Assembly (NCBI GenBank): GCA_047495785.1
Contig: JBLDXI010000004.1
Span: 310,001-374,000, forward strand
Direction: 5' to 3'
DNA from: Lepidodermella squamata
Lineage: Eukaryota; Animalia; Gastrotricha
Length of the DNA: 64,000 nt
Position numbers and translations under genes: made by a program. Numbering within the stretch: position 1 is the stretch's first letter; each line of letters begins with the position of its first letter. A model generated the notes under the pieces. That model did not search any database and had not been told where the DNA came from. It worked only from the letters and a program-made list of their open reading frames with translations. Positions 37,944 to 50,398 of the stretch are shown in pieces.

Positions 37944-39872
37944 AAGCCTGTGATGAAAAAGATATTATTTATGATGTGAATGCCCGCGGAGGATGATGAG
38001 TAAAATCAGCATTCAATTTGATATCGATGCATTTTTCAACAGATTGGGAATTTCCAACGGATTTTCAACGGGATACAAACTTTTGAGAGCCCAATCCTTG
38101 GAGATGAGGTCCTTTCTCCATAATTTCTGAAATTCGAAAATTCTTATCGATTAGGCTTGAAGTGGAGATTGGAGATGCACGTCTAGTTTTATCGCAGCAT
38201 TTAAATATCAAGTAACTTTCCTCGCTGTAAAGCTAACCTTCGCGTGCAGGAAGACAATGGAACCCGTACGAGATAAGCCTTCTTGAATGGGTCATTCACT
38301 GGGTGATAAAACTTCGAACTTCGGTGGATATTTTAGCACATCACAGCTAGCAAGAAGTTTAGGTGTGGTGTAATAACAGAACGAAGATGCCGTTCAGGGA
38401 TTTCACTAAAAAATTCACGACTCAACACGTATTTCCAGTGATCCGACTAGGTCCAGCTCTGAGGGGGTAAATCAAGCATTTTGAGCCAAAATTTCCAAAT
38501 CAACACTCACGTTTTTCAGAAATTTTCGAACGCCAAGGGGGTTTTGTTTACCCCCCTTACCCCCGTACTCGGAGCACAGGGTATTTCCCAGAATAGCACC
38601 AAAAACACTTGCAGCTTGCAGCCTAAACAAGCTGGTAGTATTCCATCCTAAGTGTCATAGAGCGAGTAGGACCGCGAAACTGGTAGGATTACAAATTACA
38701 AAACTCGACATAAGGGTCCCCCCTTTGGGCTTTGAATGAGCTCACCGATTGCAAACGCGGCGAACGCTTTCGAAAATTCATCGGAAAAGAAATTAAGGTA
38801 AGCATGCATTTTAACTATTTAATCGATTGGCTTCACCATCATTTTCACCAAAGTTATTATTTTTTTCAGAAGAATTATGTCGACCTCAGACCTCAGACCT
38901 CAGACCTAAATTTTTAATGAACACTTATATTTCGGTATCTATATTTCAATTACATCTACATCTACCATCTACCCTACGGTGCAGTCGCTGGCAGAGTGGA
39001 GCAATCCCAGGTAATGTGCTGCGAATTTTAGTCCAAATTCTATTCGATTCTCTAGAATTTTCGCAGAAACTCTGCTTCCTACGGCAGATTTCTGCTACTG
39101 GAATGAAAGCTTGCTAAGCTGTGCCGTCTAAATTATTCCCAAAACTGAATAGTTTCCTTCATAATAGATTGCGTTGCGAAAACTCTATCACAGTGTGTTG
39201 AAAATTGGGGTTCCAAGTACTTATAGATTAGTCATGTCAAAAATATGTATAGTTACACCTGAAGCTATATTTCAGATACGGAACAGATATATAGTTAATA
39301 TTCGAATAAATATATTTTTTAAATATTAACAATATAGTTTGTGCTTAGAAAATTCAAAATAAATGAACACAATGCATTATTTATTAATAACTTGTTTTGG
39401 CCTTTGCCAAGAGAATAAGTGGAGTATAATCACATTAAATATTGATTTCACGATGCGAAAGAAAAACATAGTCAGTCGTCAGTCATGGATTTGAATAAAT
39501 GTATCAACGCTGCCAAGATTAGATAGAATATTGCTCGCAGGCGACATAACGTACTGATTCCGTGCATGCCACCAGTACTAACTTGTAATCGCCTGCCTCC
39601 TCGTCGAATTTTACGTTGACGCAAAGCTCAGTTGGCGATGGAGCAAATGCGGGCACAAAACCGTCGCTGGTATCAGGGTGCTCCGTGCCGTCTTCCCAGA
39701 CGAGCCTGTTATCCGCTGTTTTGATCAAGCCAAGCCATGCGTTGAACTTTGGCGGCTCAAACTGACCCTCCTTATTAATGATGTTGAACCTGAGTTCGCC
39801 GAAATCGGGAAATGTTTTCGGCATAGCTAGCTGACCTTTGTTGCTACGACACAGTTCGATAGCCGCACTTCG

Positions 39873-42800
39873 TTCGTGTTGCGACGTAAGGGACCGCCTG
39901 TACTAGCGCATATTTCTATATATTATTATACCGCTACATTGCGGTTGTTTACAACTGCGGAGCGGTTGGATCCCAAATTACTATCTTTGGTTCAAGGGCT
40001 ATAAAATTGCCATTAGCTGCGATTGCTATCGTGCGTTCTTGGACTCTTGGAGAGAAAAGAGAAATTCAACTTTTTCGCCTATCATTCCTATAATTCTTCA
40101 AATTTTTCTCGCTTTCTTCTGGAATTCTTCGATTGCAGATTTAACAGGTAGCAAAAACGAGCTGCCGTGACCAATGAAAAACTATTATTATACGTGACTC
40201 GGTGCCGTAAATCTTTATTTTCAATGCAGCGAAATAATTGAAATGAACAAAGGAAATGAAACTAAGAGAACAATTCATCACACTTTGTTTAACAGAAATG
40301 GCGATAACAGGTTGAATATATCGAAAGAGCCAGCACTCTGCAATAGTATAGTAGCGACCTTACGCCGTAATTTTCCATTTCCGATTCCCGATCCATATCC
40401 AATATCCAATCTTTATCCAATCAGCTATAACTCAAGTGCCGAATTGGAGTAAAAGTTGGAGTATAATAATCCTAATCAACAATGCAGAATTTAAAATTTA
40501 ACACAGCAGCTAATAGGATGTACTTTACTACTTTAATAGCTGCGAGAGATATTGCAATAAGATTTTAATGAATTATTATTACGTATTATAGAAACGAGCC
40601 ATTCTAAATTAAAAGTTCCTCTGATTTCTACGAAAAAGTATAGAATGATATTCATGCACATGTAATATTATTGAAAGTAGATCTCGCCCCTGGAAGTTTT
40701 GGCGGATAAATCTTTGAATTAGGAAACAAGAGGTCTTCAAAGTTTTCTGAAAATGTATCACTTAAAACCGAAATGAACTAACAATTTTCGTTGACGGCGA
40801 AACTCCATTGGTTAACTAATTAACTAAGTAACGATAACTATATTGATAAGCCCCAGAAATGGCTTAGCGTCGTTGAATAACTCTGATTTGGGCATGTTTA
40901 CGTCAGGGACAAGTAAAAGGTGATAGCAGAGTTTTTATGTGAACGAAGACGGAAGCAAACTTGTCACCCGTCAACTGTCTGTAACTGACGTGAACAAGCC
41001 CAAATCTGAGTTGTATTCAACGACGCTAACGACTACGGTATGACTACGGCGCAGTGATGGCGGTTCATTCTGCTTTGACTGCTTTGGTTTAGCTTTTTTC
41101 TTCCATTTAAAATGTCTACATCTATTGGATACCAATTAAGTGTTAAATTTCAATACCTAGAGCAGATCAGATTTGTCTCCAAAAAGCTGCGCTTTGATTT
41201 AGGATCTAGCCTTGACAAGCAGAACAAACCGCTCCATTGCTCCAGAAATCTACCCGTAAACCGTTCTCATCGCAAAGTACGCGCCACTTATTTGCCTTCA
41301 ATTACTCTGAAACTCTGAAACAGTGTGGTCCACGGCCGGAAAATGGCGAGTCACCAACCGGAGTCAAAATTGGGCCAAAGAGTCAAAACCATTCAAACGC
41401 CGATAAACCACGTCTAAATATCACTCCAATTCCCGTTCTAGCTCGAAAATTGCTCTCGCTATATTCACCTGTCGCTGCAACTTTTCGGGGGGTTCGACTG
41501 GTTTGTAACAAAATTCGTCATTTTTGCGCCTTTGTAACTTGTAGAAAAATAGCTCCCTGCGAGCAAAGCGAGCTTCAGCTGAGGATATTTCTTCGACTTT
41601 TTGGACTTTTTTGATGAGTGTGGAGTCAAAGCATCTCATTTTGGAGTCAAACTCAGAGCCGGAGTCAAGTTTAGCTAGGTTATTTGTGACTCTTTCCGGA
41701 GTCAAGCTCGGCTTAGTAATAATCGGAGTCACACATGAGTAAAAAAAATCCCAAAAGAGTCAAAATGGTTTGGGAGTCACACTTTGGACCACACAGCCCT
41801 GAAAGTTATTCTGCATTCTCGCCATTAGATTTAAGTGCCGTAAGCATTCCTGATTGACCAAATTATAGTTAAGATTCCAGCTAAAATGATCAAGTGGATG
41901 CGCATTGTAAATTATACTTCTGCGCATGATTGCTTTCTTTGATAACTACTGTTAGTCCGTGGCATTTTGCTCTTTGGCCGTCGGTTCAACACCATCAGAC
42001 TAAATGTGACGTACTATTTCATTAAGAAGTCCGCGCAAAAATCGTGAATCCCAAACTCAAATGGTGGGTCACGTTTTGTCGTATCATGCCAAGCGAGTTG
42101 CATGTCAAGCATTTCTCGAATACAGCGGTTTCGTTGCTAATTGCTAATCATCAATCATCGCTAAATCGCTAACCAGATCACATTACCAAGGCAATCCGCT
42201 ATCTTTCTTAGGATACATGGATACAAGTCATACTAGCAATTCTCGAATGCTACCAACTTCGTAAACTTTGGGTGATTCTACTATTGACCTCATGTGGCTG
42301 CGAGCTGCGAATCTGCTTCAGCGATTCCGCGAGCTTCGCGCAAGGTTATAGTTCAGTTTGTCGCAACAGCTCAACTGCTCATATTTGATAAAATATGAAA
42401 TGCGATTAGAAAAATACGTGATCGCTTTTTCATGCAATAAAATTTAAGCCGAAATGCCTGCGAGCTGCGAGATAATGGAGAAGGATAACCACTAAATAGT
42501 TTATAACTAATCGCGTAATAAGTGCTCTCTTGGCATTTTCATGATAGTAGAAAAATTGGCTCATAGTCCATACTTCCGTAATATGCATTTTTCGTGATGA
42601 TAACTGCATGGGTCGCATAAAATTATGCTCCGGGAATGGGAAACTAAAAAGTAAGCCCATTCGAACGCAGACTCTGGTCATGTTTGAACAATAAGTGGTG
42701 GATAGTCATGGTTCAACGTCACTATACAGAGAGAGTGCGAGAGAGAGACAGAGACTTTACCCTATCAGTTTACCCTATGGATATTGATAGAATTGATAGA

Positions 42801-43137
42801 ATTGAATAACAAAAATTATATTATATATTATAATTATAAAATTGATAGAATTATCCTAGACTACGCTCGAAGGGAACGAAGGTGAAATCAAGAAGAGGAG
42901 GATAAATTTGGTTGATCTTAAGAATTTAGCCATGATAACGGAGAAATTGTCTGAAGCGTTTGTGCGTAGTACGCATTCTGCATTCTGGTAGCGTTGCAAC
43001 CGTTCGGTATCGGATGCGCCGCAATAATGATGCTATTACCCGCAAATAAAAAGTAGCTTATATTACCAGTACCAAGTATTTTATTACAAACAGCATGGAA
43101 GTACTGCCTAACGCGGTCTCTTACGTCGCAACACGAA
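39873..43137. mobile_element. Non-autonomous TIR element inserted at CG
   Basis: 25-bp TIR TTCGTGTTGCGACGTAAG(G/A)GACCGC; empty site CTTCGCGTCAT in paralog G (~54352). Contains a nested hAT-like MITE at ~41321-41796 and a hairpin at ~40864-41029. Confidence 0.85.
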
Positions 43138-46100
43138 CGCGTCATAAAGCTTCCTCCTAAAATAATATAGTGATAATTCCTCGTGGTGTCATCGCAGGTT
43201 CGGTTGTTTGAGAAGACGGTCGACGACGGATATTGCGTTTCACCATCTAAGCAGCGGCTACGGCAGCTGAGAGTTTCGTCTGGCGCGACACAACTGTAAA
43301 ATCTGTAACGAAAAAGCAGAATCAAGCGATTGGAAATGAAGAAAAATTCTTTAAATTTCCTATTGCAATGCATTGATAAATTTGAGTAACTCAAGCTCAT
43401 TACAAATGCCTTCTCACTTTGGGGCTTATTAAAGAATAATCAGCGTGAAAGGGTAGAAACAACTTTAATTTGAACGTTTGGGTGTAATGTATACATTGTA
43501 AAAAAATCCCGCTATTTAGGGTCTTTCAATAACCCTCGCAGCCGAAATTAAGCCGAAATTAAGCAGGAATAGCCCTGCCTGTAAGGAATAGCCCTGCCTG
43601 TAAGGAATAGCCCTGCCTGTAAGCCCTTAATTATTGCCGTTAACCACCTTCGATAATTTTCAGCCCTACTCAATTTGCGCAACGAGCCCGAACCCTCGAT
43701 CGACTTTTCTACCTTTCTACAAAAACGCACAAAAAACCAACAAAAATCGACAAAAACTAAAATACAAAAATAAAATAATAACATAAAACTCGAAATTATG
43801 AACTGCCTATGATAATGTTCAACTTATAAATGCTACGAGCCCTAGATAGCATGGGGGCAATATATTTTCATGCTCTAATGTCATTCTTATGTGCCTATAG
43901 CGCCGGCCGGCGGAGGGCCTATATAAATAAAACTACGACATGCTAAGCAAATAAGCCCCATCCCAGCCTTTACCTGGAAAAATAATTCGCTTCAAGGTTA
44001 ATTAGACGGTCCTATCTACGTCACATGAAATATGGAGCAGATAATAACAATTCGCGATTCGCAAAAATACTAGTTCGATGTTCACACCGATTCGGCTTAT
44101 CAATTTCCACAATAAAAAAGTAAAACGATGAGAACTCACGGGCCGGCACAAGCTTCGAATACATCGTAAGGATAAACAACCCCGTAATCATTCGCATTCG
44201 GTTTCTAGTGAAACAAAATTCAACTCAATAATATTCAGTTCGCGATTATTTTACTCGGTACCTACCGCTCCATCTGGGCACGATACCCCTTGAGGAACGC
44301 AAACCGCGGGGTAATTAGTTGTGCTATCTATGCATCGGGTGAATGGTGCCTAAGACGGCTATTGAGTTGAAGCAATTTAAAAATGAATCAAATAGCCCAC
44401 CGTATCAGCTTTATAGCAAAAACCCAAATTCTCGGATTTCGAAGATTCCGATGTACCGAAAGTGCCGAACTGAAAAAGTCAAAATGCGAAGTTCTTAATT
44501 GTGATAACAATCAGGAGGTCTTACTTCAAATTTGCCAGTTCCTGTTGGGCAGGTTTCTTTGCAGCTGCCACCTTTGAGAGAATCGTAGCACAGTTTCACG
44601 ATCTATTGTACCGCAAGTACCAAGAATAAAAGATGTTTGCCTGTAGGTATTTCGATAATCTCACCCCAGGTTCAACCTCAGCAACTTGCTCACATATCGC
44701 GAATTTCGACGTGCCATTGCAAAAAATCGGGTCGTAACGGAAAGACTGATAAAGCAAATCATAAACCATGACGACGCAAACATCGATTGGGTGGTTATAG
44801 ATGGAATCAATCTGCTCTTCACCTTCTTCAGTTGGTGCAAGGGCAGCAGTCCAGTGCTTATAGTCGAAAGTATAAGTAGTTTCGTCGTCCCAAAACACCG
44901 ATCCATTAGCGTATTTTGTCAAACCAACCCACGCTGTGAAACGGCCTCGTCCCATGGTGGCCTGCGACACTGCGTACGCGCTAGCTGCTTGCATCACTTC
45001 GAAGTCGCCCTCGGCCTTCATCATCGCTAGTCTGGCGTCGTTAACGGTGCACAGCTCAGAAGCATCGTTCACTGTCAAGTCGACCGATCCTCCGTAAACG
45101 AAAAACTGCCTCTTCGCTTGTTGGCACTTGGACAGGGATGAGAACGTAACCGTGTCTGGGTTGCGTGTTTCAGTCGGTAGGCAGCTGCCTGTTCGGCAGT
45201 TGACGGATCCGTCCGAAGCTTCACACCTTAAATACCTAAAAAAAATGGAAAAATACAGATTAAATTCAGCAAAGAAATTTGAAATAGGTAATCTACTATA
45301 CTACTACGATATTTTTATACTGGTATGCATGTCATTGTCTTTTTCCTAATTTCCTAACTTTCTTTGTTGATATCTACATAATGACCTCTTCACGTCGAAT
45401 CTAATTGTACTAATCATGCTTCTTTTTCAGCTGAGCTGTCCTACATCCCTTGGATATTAATGCTCATAAATAAATAATAAATAAAATTGGAATTGGGATC
45501 ATTTAACGGAGTGCCCTGAAAATGAGTCGAAGAAACGGGGGGGAAAATCCGCACATTATTCACTACACTTATACTGCCCTAATTGACTCTGTCCCACAAT
45601 TACATTTTTTGTTTTCGCTAACATTGTCGAGCTGCCTTCTGTTGGGTGTAACAGCTTTAAAATAAATAAATAAATACAAAATCGAAAAGGTATTGTGATC
45701 GGAATTCTTCAGTGTTAAGAAAAAGCGTACAAAGTATAAAGTTATATCATCGACTTCTCATTATCCCGAATTCTGAAGCGGATGTTTCTGAACTTTGGTA
45801 CTAGAAATCCTCAAGAAATGCTTACAGGCAAAGTCTAGGAATGTTGACTTGGTAAAATTCTTATGTAGCTAGTTCTTCTTCAGATAACAAAAAGTGACCA
45901 ATGGGTCCAATTTACTGGACAAATTTTATATTGCCGCATAGAGAAAATTCTGATCGTGGATGAAATGATTTTTCTGAAATTTTCAAAAAATTTTATAAAG
46001 ACGTTTACCGTCCTGAAAGACTCTTGAAATGGCGATATTTCGTAAAATTGACCAATTTCAAGAAACTTTAAAAAAATTTAGAAATAAACCGTATCGTGAG

Positions 46101-46183
46101 ACGGGACTCATTCGATAGAGGAGAGCTTCTAGTATTCCGGAATATTTTTTCAAATTTGTGGGAAATGAAAGATTTCCTCTGGT

Positions 46184-46656
46184 TACATTACATTAGATTA
46201 CATCATCTTCTTTCATCGTCTTGAGAGAAAGAGTAAAACAACAAAACCTAATACAGAAAGAGAACGAGACGACGAAATAAACTTCACTCCCGTGTACCTG
46301 CGCCATGCTAGGATCAGATGGGCGATCTTCGCAATGACAAGTGTGGGAGGAGAACCAGCGTTTTCTGCCGATTCTATAGAGTCTGGCCAATATATCCAAG
46401 TCAATTCATATATTTTTCAAACACGAATTCATTTAAATCGAAATATCGGTTTTGATGGTAGCAAGCTACTCATCCTTTATGTTATTTATCGTCGTTCGCC
46501 ATGTAATTCTATCCTGAGAGATAGCGTTGGCTTCATCCACAGTTCAAATGTTAAATTTTTTCAATTGCCGATTTGTGCAATCAATTAATCGTAATTTTGG
46601 TCGACCCTGGGGTCTTTTCCAATCGTCCAAAGGTTCCCAATAGCGAATTTGTTTGG
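46184..46656 (-). mobile_element. 5'-truncated RTE-clade non-LTR retrotransposon
   Basis: C-terminal WEP..WKRPQGRPKLR..D...QDRITWR motif; short tandem (ATGTA-like) tail; 11-bp TSD TTTCCTCTGGT (46173-46183 / 46657-46667). Inserted in a CATAG-type MITE. Confidence 0.82.
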
Positions 46657-47296
46657 TTTCCTCTGGTAATTTTAGAAAATAATTAAAAATCGAAACAATT
46701 ACAATGGGTGGATAGGGCGATGAGTGAATAAAAATAGGTCGCGTGCCCACTTTTTCACGTTTTGGTGTAAATTTATTTACTATAGGAAGATCGCTAGTTT
46801 CCGATCTGTATAGAGTAGTCTATGAATAAAATAATTCAGCGTTTCCCCAACCGTATATCCTATGCGAGCTTTTATCCTGTGGGCCTCAAAAAGACAAAAT
46901 GACAGAAAATAGATCAAAACTAAGATATGAGGCATTTTCGGACCATTTTCAGAACCGAAAACTAAAGAAAACCGTCATCTAAAGCTGACTTATACCTAAA
47001 AGGGCATCGGAAAATTCCGCGCTATAAAAACGTTGCGTTGATATTCCGCTTGGGTGGGATTCCACCCAAGGTGACTGATAAGGGTTAAGAGGTTATAGTC
47101 GTTTTCAGGTGTCAAATTCTAAAATTTCCTCGGTTCGCTCGCAAGTTTGAAGATAAATTAAAATTCACTAGAACTATTCCAATTTCGAGCTAGGCTGCAA
47201 TATTACCTTGACTTCAATTTCTCAATAGCTCAACAGATTCCCTTTCCCAACCTAATTTCATTATATTTAGCATGGTGTCCTACGAGCCATGATTAC

Positions 47297-49754
47297 AGCC
47301 GCTTTTACACTACTACTAAGCGAATGGTAAATGATGGTAAACGATGGTAATTACTCAATTGTTGAATAACAAGGATTAGCTTGTTTTTGCTTATTTTCAC
47401 GGTTTTATCGTGATTTTGAGAAAATAAACATGATTAAAACAGTTTACAACGTGATTAATTTTTCGTCTTAACGGATAGGAAGCCTGAGCCTTATTCGATG
47501 CCTAGTCGAATTTAATGAAAAAATTATCGTGTAAATTCCGCGATTCCGCGATGTGTTTCTGTAAATTTGTTGGACCAAATATCCTTGCTTCGTCACCTTA
47601 AACTCGCGGCTTCTCCGCGTTTGGAAATTGTAGAGATGCCAATTTTGGCTATTTTAATTATTTTTCTAGGTATTTCTTGACAGCTTTTCCACACAAAATT
47701 GCTGTAAAATTATTAATTGGTCTCACTTTTAGCGGAACCGAAAATGCCTATTGCGGAACCAAATTTGGCCGAAAACGGAAACTAAAATGCCCAAAATGCA
47801 TTTTCCGAATTTCCAGATTAATTTCAAAAAATCAAAAAACTTAAAAAACTAAAAAAATTTCCAAGTCTAGAAATATGGGTCTACAGCCAATTTAATTGCT
47901 CGCTGAAAAATCGCCCGGGGTTTACCGATTCTCTTGTCGCATCAAGAAATAATTTCAAACTTCGAATTTATGGTTTATAACGATAATTTTAGAAAGTCGA
48001 GAAATCGTCGCAATTTCGGTAATCCATATCAAAAGGACTCCTCAAAATGTTTCTGAAAATTGCCTGATTTTTAGCCTGATTTCCTGTCATTTTTTGATAA
48101 TAATCAAATAATATTTAAAAAAATATATCGCGAAGAGTAAAAAATGCGGAAATTATCGTGGTTCGAACCTTGATCGGAAAATAAGGAAGTTCGATATCGG
48201 TTCCGTTAAAATTGATCAATACGCTAAATTATTTCGGTTTTCATTCCTGAACGTAGCCTAGGAAATTAAATTCTCCCGTTTCAGGATTTTTGATTGTATT
48301 TCCCTCAATTTATGAAGTAATCCGAGGCCATATTTCGAAGGCCATAATGTGAACGCTAAGAATAAAAACGAATCCGTTAAAAATCGAAAGCGGCAAATTC
48401 TTCATTTTGCTGTGTTACTCACTCACCATCTGTTGTCACAAAACGTCGTTTTTAGACTAGCGGAGGGTTACGGAGGGGTTCGTTAATGCCATCAGTTGCC
48501 AGACGCTTTGTTTTGATTACGCAACTGCGCTCTCGCGAAAAAAGTGAATTTTCATTTTTTAATTGGTTTTCTGAGTGAAAATGCCCTGAGAATTATTTTT
48601 ACTGAAAAATGAGTTGTAGCTAAAGGAAATTAAGTTTAGGTTGGGCCGAAATCAAATTCAGCTACCAGCAAATTAATTTTCGTGGCTATGGCACTCAAAA
48701 TTGAGGCTGGACAAAATCATTTTGCTGCATTTCACTGCTGTGAAGAATATTTTGAATGTCGAATGTGACATCAAAATGTGTTGTATTTTATTATTTTATT
48801 TTATTATTTTTTATACATGTCGTTCTTTAAAGCAAGGACCGCGACGATGTTTTTCATATTTTGTAGAGGTCGAAATGGGGGAAGATTAAAAATTAAAAAT
48901 TATTATAAATCTGCTGTTATAGCGTGTAAAATAACCAAAATTACCGAAGCTGGAGTTTTCCGGGTTTTCCCCGTAAATCTTTAATTTCTACGGTAAATCG
49001 CGGATATAGGCTGGAAGATTCTTCCCATAGGTTTGATTTTGAAAGAATTCAGCTAGATTTCCTCCAAAAACTTGCAAAAATCAATAACGATAACTTATGG
49101 AACACGCTGAATTTCTTTCGGCTACTACTCTTATTCGTTAAATTGCGATTAAAAAGGATCAAATTTTTTCCTCGGTTTTTTATTCCAAAAATTTGAAAAT
49201 TTAAAAAATGGTTGCGTAAATCTTGGGACAAGTTTTATTTGTTGTAGGTCACGACTTTTATTAGAAAAATAGGGCGAAATTCTCAATCCGTGACCATCTA
49301 AATGGTGAACCGATTTTAAAAAAATTATCGACGTTAGGGTTGATAGTCAAATATTGTTTGCTCATCAGATTTCCAATTTGAATATGGCAAAATTAGTAAA
49401 TTTAATCAGATAATCAAATTATTGAAGAAATTCAACGTGCCTAAATATTCCACTAATTGAGGCTACAAGTAAAAATAACTTTCAAGTACCCATAAAGAAG
49501 AAATTATACTTCTAAAATTCATTTTTGAAATTGCTTTCTTGACGCTTTGGAAAAAAATCGAGATTCAAATTTCCGAAATTCCTCAGTTGCGTAATCGAAA
49601 TTTGTCTTAACAGAGCCTCTAAATAGAGCATAGTAACCGATGGCGTTAACGAACGCCTCCGTACCCCTCCGTCGTGTAAAAACGACGACAATCATTTGTA
49701 ATTACCATCAATTACCATCGTTTACCATTCGAATGGTGTAGTGTAAAAGCGGCT
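47297..49754. mobile_element. Non-autonomous TIR element, possibly PIF/Harbinger-like
   Basis: TIR AGCCGCTTTTACACTAC with subterminal ATGGTAA repeats at both ends; TSD not clear. Confidence 0.6.
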
Positions 49755-49769
49755 TATGTGGCGCTACTG

Positions 49770-50398
49770 CAGGGGTTCCCAAACTTTTTGTCTGGTAGGA
49801 CACAGTAGTGTCCTATCAGAATGGCTCGTAGGACACCTTGCTGAAATGAATGAAATTTGGTTTGGAATGGGTAAAATTTTTTGAGCAACAAATTGATTGC
49901 TTGTTTAAATTGGTTTTTGATGGCTACCGAGCTCGAAATAGATAAAATCCCGGATAAAATTCAAACTAAACGCGAGCGAAGCGAGAAAATTTTTAGAATT
50001 CGACACTGAAAAACGACGTATAACATCTTAAAATTGAGGATATGCCTTGGGGTTTTCCCAGAAATTCACTCATCATTTATCATAATCATGAATATCTATC
50101 ATTTATCGTCTCAGAGATTCAACCAAACCACGCGGAAAGTACCGGTTCCCGTCCGATCGGAGGTTTTCATAAAATATTTAACAAATAGGCAACTTGCGAG
50201 CGAAGCGAGCTTTAGCTGACGGTTTTTTCCCGATTTTGAGTCTGAAAATAGTCCAATAATGGCTTGTTTCTTAGTGTGGATCTACCTATTTTTGTCCTTC
50301 TGTCATTTTGAGGCCCATAGGACACAAGTGTCCTACAGGACACTTGAAAGTTGGCTTAGTACACGAGTGTCCTATAGGACACGGTTTGGGAAACGCTG
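49770..50398. mobile_element. hAT-like MITE
   Basis: CAGGGGTTCCCAAAC...GTTTGGGAAACGCTG; TSD CGCTACTG on both sides. A truncated inverted copy is at ~46837-47290. Confidence 0.82.
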
